Positions 1 through 8,185 of a stretch of 64,000 nucleotides of DNA are shown here, in pieces. Numbering within the stretch: the stretch's first letter is position 1; every line of letters begins with the position of its first letter. Origin of the DNA: Chloroflexota bacterium (lineage in GTDB: Bacteria; Chloroflexota; Limnocylindria; Limnocylindrales; CSP1-4). A program made the translations under genes and the position numbers. The notes under the pieces are model-generated. The model saw nothing but the letters and a program-made list of their open reading frames with translations. It ran no database searches and was not told where the DNA came from. The stretch is taken from assembly GCA_017853275.1 (NCBI GenBank), contig JAFMJV010000001.1, positions 26,286 to 90,285 on the forward strand, given 5' to 3'.

Positions 1-1
1 C

Positions 2-1861
2 GTCGCGGTGATGGAGGGTGGCGAGCCGGTCGTCATCCCCAGCGAGGAGGGCGGCCGGACCGTCCCCTCCGTCGTCGCCTTCAGCAAGACCGGCGAGCGG
101 CTCGTGGGCACGATCGCCAAGCGACAGGCGATCACGAACCCGCGCAACACGATCTATTCCATCAAGCGCTTCATGGGCCGCCGCTGGGATGACCCGGAGG
201 TCCAGCGCTCGCTCAAGCTCGTCCCGTACGCGGTCCAGAAGGACGCGGGCACGGACGGCGTGCGCGTCGAGGTCGGGGACGGCAAGTCGTACTCGCCGCC
301 GGAGATCTCCGCGATGATCCTCGGGAAGCTGAAGGCGGACGCGGAGCGCTACCTCGGCGAGAAGGTGACCGAGGCGGTGATCACCGTCCCCGCCTACTTC
401 GACGACACCCAGCGCCAGGCCACGAAGGACGCGGGCCGGATCGCCGGTCTCGAGGTGAAGCGGATCATCAACGAGCCGACCGCCTCGTCCCTCGCCTATG
501 GCCTGGACAAGAAGAAGGACGAGATCATCGCGGTCTACGACCTCGGTGGCGGCACCTTCGACATCTCGATCCTCGAGCTCGGGGACGGCGTCTTCGAGGT
601 GAAGGCGACGAACGGCGATACCCACCTCGGTGGCGATGACTTCGACCAGAAGGTCATCGAGTGGCTCCTCGGCGAGTTCCGCCGGGAGCAGGGGATCGAC
701 CTCTCCACGGACCAGCAGGCGCTCCAGCGGCTGAAGGAGGCCGCGGAGCGGGCGAAGATCGAGCTCTCCTCCTCGATGCAGACGGAGATCAACCTCCCCT
801 ACATCACCGCGGATGCGAGCGGTCCCAAGCACCTCGTCGTCTCGCTCACCCGGGCGAAGCTGGAATCGCTCGTCGCGGACCTCATCGAGCGCACGAAGGC
901 GCCCGTCCTCGCGGCGCTCAAGGACGCGAACCTGAAGCCGGGCCAGATCGACGAGGTGATCCTCGTCGGTGGTCAGACCCGGATGCCCGCCGTCGTGGAG
1001 GCGGTGAAGGCGGTCTTCGGCGGCAAGGAGCCGAACAAGGGCGTCAACCCGGACGAGGTCGTCGCGATCGGCGCGGCGATCCAGGCCGGCGTCCTCGCGG
1101 GCGAGGTGAAGGATGTCCTCCTCCTGGACGTCACGCCGCTCTCGCTGGGCATCGAGACGCTCGGAGGCGTGATGACCCGCCTCATCGAGCGCAACACGAC
1201 GATCCCGACCTCCAAGAGCCAGGTCTTCTCCACCGCCTCGGACAACCAGCCGCAGGTGGAGATCAAGGTCCTCCAGGGCGAGCGCGAGTTCGCCGCGGAC
1301 AACAAGACGCTCGGCACCTTCATCCTGGACGGGATCCCCACCGCGCCCCGCGGCGTCCCCCAGATCGAGGTCACCTTCGACATCGACGCGAACGGGATCC
1401 TGGACGTCCGGGCGAAGGACCGGGCGACCTCCCGCGAGCAGTCCGTGCGCATCACCGCCTCCTCGATGCTCTCCAAGGACGCCGTCGACCGGATGGTCAA
1501 GGAGGCCCAGGAGCACGCCCGCGAGGACGCCGACCGGCGCGCGGTCGTGGAGGAGCGGAACCAGGCGGACAGCCTCATCGCCCAGGCCGAGCGGACGCTC
1601 CGCGACCTCGGCGAGAAGGTCTCCGCCGAGGACCGTGCGGATGTCGAGGGCCGGATCGCCACCGTCCGCGATGCGCTGAAGGGCGAGGACCGGACCGCGC
1701 TCCAGAACGCGGTGAACGGGCTGATGGAGGCGCTCCAGAAGGTCTCGCAGAAGGCGTACGCCGCCTCCGGCCCCGCCGAGGGGACGGATCCCGGTGCCTC
1801 CGCCGGCGGGGGAGCTCCCGCGGACGAGGACACCGTGGAAGGGGACTTCAAGGAGGTCTGA
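2..1861 (+). CDS. dnaK: Molecular chaperone DnaK (Hsp70), 5'-truncated by window edge
   Basis: Translation ...[27 protein letters not shown]..., [30 protein letters not shown], ends EGDFKEV. Collinear with Hsp70 from about residue 20 onward. Confidence 0.97.
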   Translation, partial: VAVMEGGEPVVIPSEEGGRTVPSVVAFSKTGERLVGTIAKRQAITNPRNTIYSIKRFMGRRWDDPEVQRSLKLVPYAVQKDAGTDGVRVEVGDGKSYSPPEISAMILGKLKADAERYLGEKVTEAVITVPAYFDDTQRQATKDAGRIAGLEVKRIINEPTASSLAYGLDKKKDEIIAVYDLGGGTFDISILELGDGVFEVKATNGDTHLGGDDFDQKVIEWLLGEFRREQGIDLSTDQQALQRLKEAAERAKIELSSSMQTEINLPYITADASGPKHLVVSLTRAKLESLVADLIERTKAPVLAALKDANLKPGQIDEVILVGGQTRMPAVVEAVKAVFGGKEPNKGVNPDEVVAIGAAIQAGVLAGEVKDVLLLDVTPLSLGIETLGGVMTRLIERNTTIPTSKSQVFSTASDNQPQVEIKVLQGEREFAADNKTLGTFILDGIPTAPRGVPQIEVTFDIDANGILDVRAKDRATSREQSVRITASSMLSKDAVDRMVKEAQEHAREDADRRAVVEERNQADSLIAQAERTLRDLGEKVSAEDRADVEGRIATVRDALKGEDRTALQNAVNGLMEALQKVSQKAYAASGPAEGTDPGASAGGGAPADEDTVEGDFKEV

Positions 1862-1869
1862 GCCGCGCG

Positions 1870-1898
1870 GGCGGCCCGGCGGACCGCCGGGCCGCCTT
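1870..1898 (+). terminator. Intrinsic-terminator-like hairpin after dnaK
   Basis: Perfect palindrome GGCGGCCCGGCGG-A-CCGCCGGGCCGCC followed by TT, starting 9 nt after the dnaK stop. Confidence 0.6.
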
Positions 1899-1927
1899 CG
1901 CGCTAGCATCGGAGAGAGCGGGCCGCC

Positions 1928-3355
1928 GTGCCCGCGCCACCCCGGGGAGCCATGATCCGCCGGCACGGTGCCACGCTCCGCGCCCTCCTCTTCGCCACGG
2001 ACGCGCTGATCGCGGCCGCGGTCGCGCTCGGCCTCCACGAGCTCCGCTTCACGCTCCTCCCGGGTGAGCCGGCGCCGAACCTCTTCGGGACGCCCGCGCT
2101 CGCCCTCCTCGTCTACGCGCTCGCCTGGCCCGCGATCCTCGCGGTCACCGGCCAGTACCGCCTCCGCGCGCGCTGGTCCTTCACCGCCCAGGCGGCAGGG
2201 ATCGGTCGGTCGCTCGTCTGGCTCGCCGTCCTCCTCTTCGCCGCGCTCTTCCTTACCCGCACGGGTGACCTGAGCCGCGCCTATGTCCTCCTCCTCCTGC
2301 CCGCGCAGGGGATCGCCACGGTCCTCGGGCGGCTCGCCCTCCACCTCCTCCTCGCGCGGCTCCGGGGCGCGGGGCGGAACACGCGCTATCTCCTCGTCGT
2401 GGGGGGTGGCGCGGACGCGCTGGCGCTCACCCGGCGCCTCGAGCGCCAGGCGGTCCTCGGGCTGAGCGTCGTGGGTCTCCTGGATGACGACCCGGCCGCG
2501 ATGCTCCCCGGAGTGCCGCACCTCGGCCCCGTGGACGCCTTCGAGGAGATCCTCCGGCGCGAGGTCGTGGACGAGGTCGCGCTCTGCCTGCCGCCCGCCG
2601 ACCATGCCCGGGCGGACGCGATCGCGACGATCGCCCAGGAGGAGGGGAAGATCGTCCGTCTCCCGCTCCCCGCCGGCCTCCCCGGCGTGGGACGGGCGCT
2701 CATCGAGGACCTGGACGGCCTTCCCGTCCTCAGCCTCGTGCGTGGGCCGGACCGCGCGGCGGCGCTCGCGGTGAAGCGCGTGGCGGACCTCGCCGGGGCG
2801 CTCCTCCTCCTCGTCCTCCTCGCGCCGCTCATCCTGCTCATCGCCCTCCGGATCCGGCTCGCGGACGGCGCGCCGGTCCTCTTCTCCCACGAGCGGGTCG
2901 GTCGCCATGGCCGCCGCTTCACGCTCTGGAAGTTCCGCACCATGGTCCCGGACGCGGAGGAGCGGCTCGCCGAGGTCGAGGCGCTCAACGCCACCCGGGG
3001 GGCCGCCTTCAAGGCCCCGGACGATCCGCGGGTGACGCCGACCGGCCGCTTCCTCCGCCGGACCGGACTGGACGAGCTCCCCCAGCTCTGGAACGTGGTG
3101 CGCGGCGAGATGAGCCTCGTGGGCCCCCGCCCCGCCCCCCCGCGCGAGGTGGACGGCTACGCCGGCTGGCACCGCCGCCGCCTCTCCGTCCGGCCGGGGA
3201 TCACCGGCCTCTGGCAGGTGACGACCCGCCTGGACGAGCACTTCGACGATCGCGCCGCGCTCGACCTCGACTACATCGACCGCTGGTCCCTCTGGCTCGA
3301 CCTCCGGATCCTCATCCGGACGATCCCGGCGGTCCTGCGACAGGAGGGCTCCTGA
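1928..3355 (+). CDS. Polyprenyl-phosphate glycosyl-1-phosphate transferase (WbaP/EpsB-type priming sugar transferase)
   Basis: C-terminal bacterial sugar transferase domain (LWKFRTM, PRVTPTGRFLRRTGLDELPQLWNVVRGEMSLVGPRP), preceded by several hydrophobic helices and a Rossmann-like segment. GTG 1928 (GGAGAG 11 nt upstream); ATG 1952 is an alternative start. Confidence 0.9.
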   Translation: MPAPPRGAMIRRHGATLRALLFATDALIAAAVALGLHELRFTLLPGEPAPNLFGTPALALLVYALAWPAILAVTGQYRLRARWSFTAQAAGIGRSLVWLAVLLFAALFLTRTGDLSRAYVLLLLPAQGIATVLGRLALHLLLARLRGAGRNTRYLLVVGGGADALALTRRLERQAVLGLSVVGLLDDDPAAMLPGVPHLGPVDAFEEILRREVVDEVALCLPPADHARADAIATIAQEEGKIVRLPLPAGLPGVGRALIEDLDGLPVLSLVRGPDRAAALAVKRVADLAGALLLLVLLAPLILLIALRIRLADGAPVLFSHERVGRHGRRFTLWKFRTMVPDAEERLAEVEALNATRGAAFKAPDDPRVTPTGRFLRRTGLDELPQLWNVVRGEMSLVGPRPAPPREVDGYAGWHRRRLSVRPGITGLWQVTTRLDEHFDDRAALDLDYIDRWSLWLDLRILIRTIPAVLRQEGS

Positions 3356-3921
3356 TGACCGATCCCCGGACCGCCGGCTGGGAGCCGCTCCCGCTCCCCG
3401 GCGTCCTGCGCCGTCGCCTCACCCTCCACCCCGACGATCGCGGCTCCTTCATGGAGCTCTGGCGCGCCTCGTGGACCGAGGGGCTCGACCCGGGGTCCGG
3501 TGACCCGGGACCCCGCCAGGCGAACCTCTCCCGCTCGGCCCCCGGCGTCCTCCGCGGCCTCCACCTCCACCGCCGCCAGGCGGACCTGTGGCTCGTGGCG
3601 GACGGCTCGCCGATCGTGGCGCTCGTCGACCTGCGCGCCGCGATCGCCGGGAGCGGGCCGGCCGTCCCGCTCCTCGTGGAGGCCGCGCCGGGGGACGCCT
3701 TCTGGCTTCCGGCGGGGGTCGCCCACGGCTTCGCGGCGCGCGATCCGCTCACCCTCATCTACCTCGTGACGAACGAGTACGACGGGAGCGACGAGCTCGG
3801 GTTCCGCTGGGACGACCCCGATGCCGGGGTCCCCTGGCCGGACCGCGATCCGATCCTCTCGCCGCGCGACGCCGCGGCGCCCTCCCTGGCTGCGCTTCTC
3901 GCGGAGCTCCGCGCCGGCTGA
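3355..3921 (+). CDS. rmlC: dTDP-4-dehydrorhamnose 3,5-epimerase
   Basis: DDRGSFMELW, GVLRGLHLH, AHGFAA, NEYDGSDELGFRWDDP: cupin RmlC signature. Start overlaps the upstream stop (TGATG). Confidence 0.92.
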   Translation: MTDPRTAGWEPLPLPGVLRRRLTLHPDDRGSFMELWRASWTEGLDPGSGDPGPRQANLSRSAPGVLRGLHLHRRQADLWLVADGSPIVALVDLRAAIAGSGPAVPLLVEAAPGDAFWLPAGVAHGFAARDPLTLIYLVTNEYDGSDELGFRWDDPDAGVPWPDRDPILSPRDAAAPSLAALLAELRAG

Positions 3922-3923
3922 GC

Positions 3924-4793
3924 TCAGCCGCGGAGGTGCTCCGCGAGCGCCTCCTCCCAGGGCCGCATGCGGACGCCGAGGGCAGCCGCGCGGCCGGTAT
4001 CGAGGACGCCCCACGCCGGCGGGTCCGAGGCACGCCGGAAGTCGTGGCGGCCGATCGGTCGCACGGAGCGTTCCGGCCGCCGGGCGGCAAGGACCGCCGC
4101 CGCCCAGCCGAGGCGCGAGGTGGCTCCTGCGTTCGTGAGGTGGAAGGTCCCGCCGGGGCTGCGCTCGACGAGCGCGAGGATCGCCGCGGCGAGGTCGCCG
4201 GCACGCGTCGGCGAGCCGTGCTCGTCCGCCACCACGGGGAGCGGCTCGCCCGCCGGCAGCCGGTCCGCGGCCGCCACGATCTTCTCGGGAAAGGCCGCCG
4301 CGGGCGGCCCGTAGACCCAGGCGGTCCGGACGATCCAGAGCCCGTGCCCCCCGGCGCGTGCGGTCGCGGCCCGCTCGCCGGCGAGCTTGCTCGCGCCGTA
4401 GGCGTTCCGCGGCGCGACCGGGTCGTCCTCCGCGTAGCCCCGGCCATCCGTCCGCTCGCCATCGAAGACCTCGTTCGTGGAGACGACGACGAGCCCGATC
4501 CCCGCCGCGGCGCACGCGGCGGCGAGCTCCCCCGTGGCCCCCGCGTTGCGCGCCATCGCCAGCTCCGGCTCCCGCGCGCAGCCGTCCACGTCCGTCCAGG
4601 CTGCCGCGTGGATGAGAAGCCCCGGGCGGTCCGCTCCGATCCGGCCGGCCGCGTCGGCAGACCGGTCGAGGTCCCACTCGGCGCGCGTCCAGGGGATCGG
4701 GGTCGTCCCGTCCCGGCCGGCGATCGCGGCGACGAGCGCGCTCCCCAGCCGCCCGGCGGCCCCGGTCACCGCGATCCGCCCCGGGAGGCTCAC
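3924..4793 (-). CDS. rmlD: dTDP-4-dehydrorhamnose reductase
   Basis: RIAVTGAAGRLG Rossmann start, STNEVFDG, YGASKLAGE (YxxxK). GTG start at 4793 forms a GTGA overlap with the rmlB stop. The 702-aa track ORF is an upstream run-on. Confidence 0.92.
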   Translation of the reverse strand: MSLPGRIAVTGAAGRLGSALVAAIAGRDGTTPIPWTRAEWDLDRSADAAGRIGADRPGLLIHAAAWTDVDGCAREPELAMARNAGATGELAAACAAAGIGLVVVSTNEVFDGERTDGRGYAEDDPVAPRNAYGASKLAGERAATARAGGHGLWIVRTAWVYGPPAAAFPEKIVAAADRLPAGEPLPVVADEHGSPTRAGDLAAAILALVERSPGGTFHLTNAGATSRLGWAAAVLAARRPERSVRPIGRHDFRRASDPPAWGVLDTGRAAALGVRMRPWEEALAEHLRG

Positions 4794-5827
4794 GCCGGTG
4801 CCGACCCCTCCAGGCGCCAGCCGTACTGGCGGCGGTAGTAGTCGTCCCAGTCCCCGCTCCGGACCGCCTGCCACCACGCGGCGTTCTCCCGGTACCAGTC
4901 CACCGTGGCCGCGAGACCGGCGGCGAAGGGGACGCGCGCTTCCCACCCGAGGGCCCGGAGCCGGCTCCCGTCCAGCGCATAGCGGCGGTCGTGGCCGGGC
5001 CGGTCCGGGACGCTCCGGACGAGCGACCAGGGCTTGCCGAGCTGCGCGAGGATCGCTTCCGTCACGGCGCGGTTCGGGCGCTCCTCGCCATCCCCGCTCA
5101 CGTTGTAGGCGAGCCCGGAGACGCCCCGGTCGAGGACGACGCCGACGGCGTCCGCGTGGTCGTCCACGTGGAGCCAGTCGCGCCGCTGCATCCCGTCCCC
5201 GTAGAGGGGGAGGGGAGCGTCCAGGATCGCGTTCGTGATGAAGAGGGGGATCAGCTTCTCGGGGTGCTGGCGCGGGCCGTACGTGTTCGCCCCGCGCGTG
5301 ATGCAGGCATCCAGCCCCCACGTCTCGTGCCATGCCCGGACGAGGTGCTCGCCCGCCGCCTTCGCGGCGCTGTAGGGGCTCGAGGGCCGGATCGGATCGT
5401 CCTCCCGGCTGCGTCCCTCCGGCACGGGGCCGTAGACCTCGTCCGTGGAGACCTGGACGAAGCGGTACCGGCTCCCCGTACCGCGCCGGTCCCGTTCCGT
5501 GCGCGCGGCCTCCAGGAGCCGGTGGACGCCGAGGACCCCGGTCCGGAGGAAGGCGTCGGGGTCGAGGATCGAGCGGTCCACGTGCGATTCGGCGGCGAAG
5601 TTGACGATCGCGTCCACCTCCCGCGCGAGCTCGTCCACGAGCGGACCGTCCGCGATATCCCCCCGGACGAGCCGGACGCGCCCCGGATCGAGGTCCGCCA
5701 GGTTCGCCGGGTTCCCGGCGTAGGTGAGCTTGTCCAGGACGACGATCGTGTCCTGCGTGGCGGCGAGCCGGCGCCGGACGAAGGTGCTGCCGATGAAGCC
5801 GGCGCCCCCGGTGACGAGGATCCTCAC
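4790..5827 (-). CDS. rmlB: dTDP-glucose 4,6-dehydratase
   Basis: ILVTGGAGFIGS, STDEVYG, YSAAKAAGEHL, DGMQRRDWLHVDDH. GTG at 5827 in a GTGA overlap with the rmlA stop. Confidence 0.95.
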   Translation of the reverse strand: MRILVTGGAGFIGSTFVRRRLAATQDTIVVLDKLTYAGNPANLADLDPGRVRLVRGDIADGPLVDELAREVDAIVNFAAESHVDRSILDPDAFLRTGVLGVHRLLEAARTERDRRGTGSRYRFVQVSTDEVYGPVPEGRSREDDPIRPSSPYSAAKAAGEHLVRAWHETWGLDACITRGANTYGPRQHPEKLIPLFITNAILDAPLPLYGDGMQRRDWLHVDDHADAVGVVLDRGVSGLAYNVSGDGEERPNRAVTEAILAQLGKPWSLVRSVPDRPGHDRRYALDGSRLRALGWEARVPFAAGLAATVDWYRENAAWWQAVRSGDWDDYYRRQYGWRLEGSAPA

Positions 5828-6567
5828 CGCGGCGGCTCGGCGGGCCCGCCGGAGCGGCGCGCCACGAGGACGCTCGCCTCGAGGAGCGAATCGATCGTCC
5901 CCGCGTCGTGCCACGCCCCGTCGTAGTGGCGGGTGAAGAGCCCGCCGTTGGCGATGTAATGGTTGAGGAGGTCGGTGATCTCGAGCTCCCCGCGACCGGA
6001 GGGGACGAGCCGGTCGATGACGGAGAAGGCATCCGGACGGAGGAAGTAGACGCCGATGGGGATCGAATCGCTCTTCGGGTGGGCGGGCTTCTCCTCGAAG
6101 CCGATCACCCGGCCGTCCGCATCCAGCTCCGCGACCCCGAAGCGCTGGGGGTCCGGGACGCGGGTGAGCAGGGTGCCACCGCCCCACGGGCCCTCCGCGA
6201 AGGCCCGTGCGACCGGCTCCAGGGGCTCGCCGACGAGGATGTTGTCCCCGAGGACGACGCAGAAGGGGTCCGACCCCACGAAGTCGCGGGCGAGCCCGAT
6301 CGCATGGGCGATCCCGAGCGCGCCCCGCTGGTAGCGATAGGTGAGGTCGAGCCCGTGGTCCCGCCCGTCCGCGAGGAGCTCCACGATGTCCCCGATGCTC
6401 CGCCCGCCGAGGATGACGAGGACCTCGCGGATCCCCATCCCGCGCAGGGTCTCGATCGGGTAGTGGATCATCGGCCGGTCGTGGACCGGCAGGAGATGCT
6501 TGTTCGTCACGAGGGTGAGCGGATGGAGGCGGGAGCCCGTCCCACCCGCGAGGAGCACGCCCTTCAC
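5824..6567 (-). CDS. rmlA: Glucose-1-phosphate thymidylyltransferase (short-form sugar nucleotidyltransferase)
   Basis: MKGVLLAGGTGSRLHPLT, GALGIAHA, VLGDN, FEEKP. First of the coupled rmlA-B-D genes. Confidence 0.88.
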   Translation of the reverse strand: MKGVLLAGGTGSRLHPLTLVTNKHLLPVHDRPMIHYPIETLRGMGIREVLVILGGRSIGDIVELLADGRDHGLDLTYRYQRGALGIAHAIGLARDFVGSDPFCVVLGDNILVGEPLEPVARAFAEGPWGGGTLLTRVPDPQRFGVAELDADGRVIGFEEKPAHPKSDSIPIGVYFLRPDAFSVIDRLVPSGRGELEITDLLNHYIANGGLFTRHYDGAWHDAGTIDSLLEASVLVARRSGGPAEPPR

Positions 6568-6635
6568 GCAGAGACCTCACGGCGGTCATGACGCCACCAC
6601 GGGGACGTCGCCCGGGGAGTGTAGCCGTCCACCTC

Positions 6636-8099
6636 TCAGCCGCGCGGGATGCGGTCGTGCGCGAGCGTCCGCCCCTCGGCGGCACCGTGACGCCGGTGGT
6701 GGAGGAGCGGGCAGATCGCCGCTGCGGCGACATCCGGGTAGTGGCGCAGGTAGTCGTCGCCATGCACGTGCGGGGAGGGGTCCCGGCCCTCGATCCAGCC
6801 GTGGAGGAGGTAGTGGGCGAGCGGGTCGCCACCCGCCTCCACGACGTCGGGGTTGCGGGTGCGGTACCAGGTGGTCCGGAAGGTCGCGCCGGGATCGCGG
6901 CCCTCGCGCCATCCGTGGCGCCGCCAGTGGATCCATGCCCGGCCGGGCCCCCCGGGAACGTCCGGGTAGGAGGCGCGGTACCAGGCCGCGTCGAAGAGCG
7001 GGTTCGGCAGCCCGAGCCGCAGACGGACCCGGAGGGCGAGCGTGCGCAGCCGCGCACCGGGTCGCCGGCCCGCGAGGAGGAGGAGCTCCCGGAGGAGCGC
7101 GCGATCATCCGTCGGCGCGCCCGCCCACGCCGGCCTGACCACGCCCGCTCCCGGGTCCACGCCCGGCCGGACGGGATCGGGTCCGACCCCCGCCGCCTCC
7201 AGGATGCGGCGGCGCACCTCGGCCTCCGCGGCTCGCCGGGCGGCGCGGGCCTCGTCCGCGACCAGGCGCATCCACGCCAGCTCGACCTCGGCGATCTCCG
7301 CCTCGGTCCGCGCCTCCTCCCCGCGCGCCTCACGTTCGTTCGCGAGACGGAGCGCCGCAAGCTGGCGCCTCCGGAGCTCGAGGAGCGCCTCATCCTCGTC
7401 GGAGTCCGCGGGGGCATCGAGCGCCGCCGCGTCCACGACCGCCACGGCCCGCCGGTCGGCCACGTGGTCACCCTCGTTCCCTGCCGGATGGGCCGACCGG
7501 TCGAGGAGCGGATCGATCGTGCTCGCTGCCGCATCCGCTCGCGCCGGGTCCAGCGCGCCACCGAGCGCGGCCAGCTCGCCGACGAGCGCCCGCGCGGTCC
7601 CGACGGGGTCTCCGATGAGCCCCGGGTAGTCCACGCGCACGATCGGCAGACCCGCGGCACCGGCCGCCAGGTGCCGGGCATAGGCACGGGCGAGCGCCCG
7701 GCAGTAGGCGACCGGGAGGTCATCGCGGACGCCGAGGGACCGCGCGATCTCGTCGATCGGCCGCTCGGTCACGACGAGGATGCAGCGGTCGGCGACGACC
7801 CTCCGCCAGATCGGGAGCAGGAGGGCGATCCGTGGGTCCCCGACGAGCCATGGTCCGTCACCGAGCTCCGCAGCGACCAGCGTGCGCAGCAGCGTGACTG
7901 CTGCGGGGCGGTCGTCGGGGAATGCGGGCGGCACGGGGGGCGGCGCATCCCATGACCAGCCCAGCTCGGCGAGGATCCGGTCGTTCGCATCCCGGATCGC
8001 CGTCCGCTCGTGGTCGCCGGCCGGGATGCCGGCCGCGGCGATCAGGCCGGCGACCGCCGAGGTCCCGCTCCGGTGCATCCCCGTCACGATGATCTTCAC
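6636..8099 (-). CDS. Sulfotransferase-family domain / coiled coil / triple WY-PDV-EGR repeat fusion protein
   Basis: N-terminus has GMHRSGTS (PAPS 5'-phosphosulfate loop type) and TERPIDEIARS (RxxDxxxS 3'-phosphate motif type). An E/R/A-rich heptad-like segment spans aa 236-300. Three ~38-aa repeats (FDAAWYRASYPDV...HGWREGRDP etc.) span aa 369-477. GTG start at 8099. Co-oriented directly upstream of rmlABD. Confidence 0.75.
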   Translation of the reverse strand: MKIIVTGMHRSGTSAVAGLIAAAGIPAGDHERTAIRDANDRILAELGWSWDAPPPVPPAFPDDRPAAVTLLRTLVAAELGDGPWLVGDPRIALLLPIWRRVVADRCILVVTERPIDEIARSLGVRDDLPVAYCRALARAYARHLAAGAAGLPIVRVDYPGLIGDPVGTARALVGELAALGGALDPARADAAASTIDPLLDRSAHPAGNEGDHVADRRAVAVVDAAALDAPADSDEDEALLELRRRQLAALRLANEREARGEEARTEAEIAEVELAWMRLVADEARAARRAAEAEVRRRILEAAGVGPDPVRPGVDPGAGVVRPAWAGAPTDDRALLRELLLLAGRRPGARLRTLALRVRLRLGLPNPLFDAAWYRASYPDVPGGPGRAWIHWRRHGWREGRDPGATFRTTWYRTRNPDVVEAGGDPLAHYLLHGWIEGRDPSPHVHGDDYLRHYPDVAAAAICPLLHHRRHGAAEGRTLAHDRIPRG

Positions 8100-8172
8100 G
8101 CGCCCTCCGCCCCCCGCCGGTGGGGAAGTGTAGGCCGCGGCCCGGCATCCGTCCGTCCCGCCGGTGCCCGGC

Positions 8173-8178
8173 TACCAT
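8173..8178 (+). promoter_or_regulatory. -10-like box TACCAT (GCTACCAT), 7 nt before ATG 8186: leaderless-type promoter
   Basis: gcTACCATcccgtcgATG. Same GCTAnnnT pattern recurs before many genes in this window. Confidence 0.4.
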
Positions 8179-8185
8179 CCCGTCG

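Noticed and set aside
4790-7723. 977-aa and 702-aa (3924..6032) minus-strand ORFs as long N-terminally extended RmlB/RmlD
   Set aside because: The homologous cores begin at internal GTG codons (5827, 4793) that form GTGA overlaps. The upstream parts are out-of-frame read-through of rmlA, rmlB and the sulfotransferase gene.
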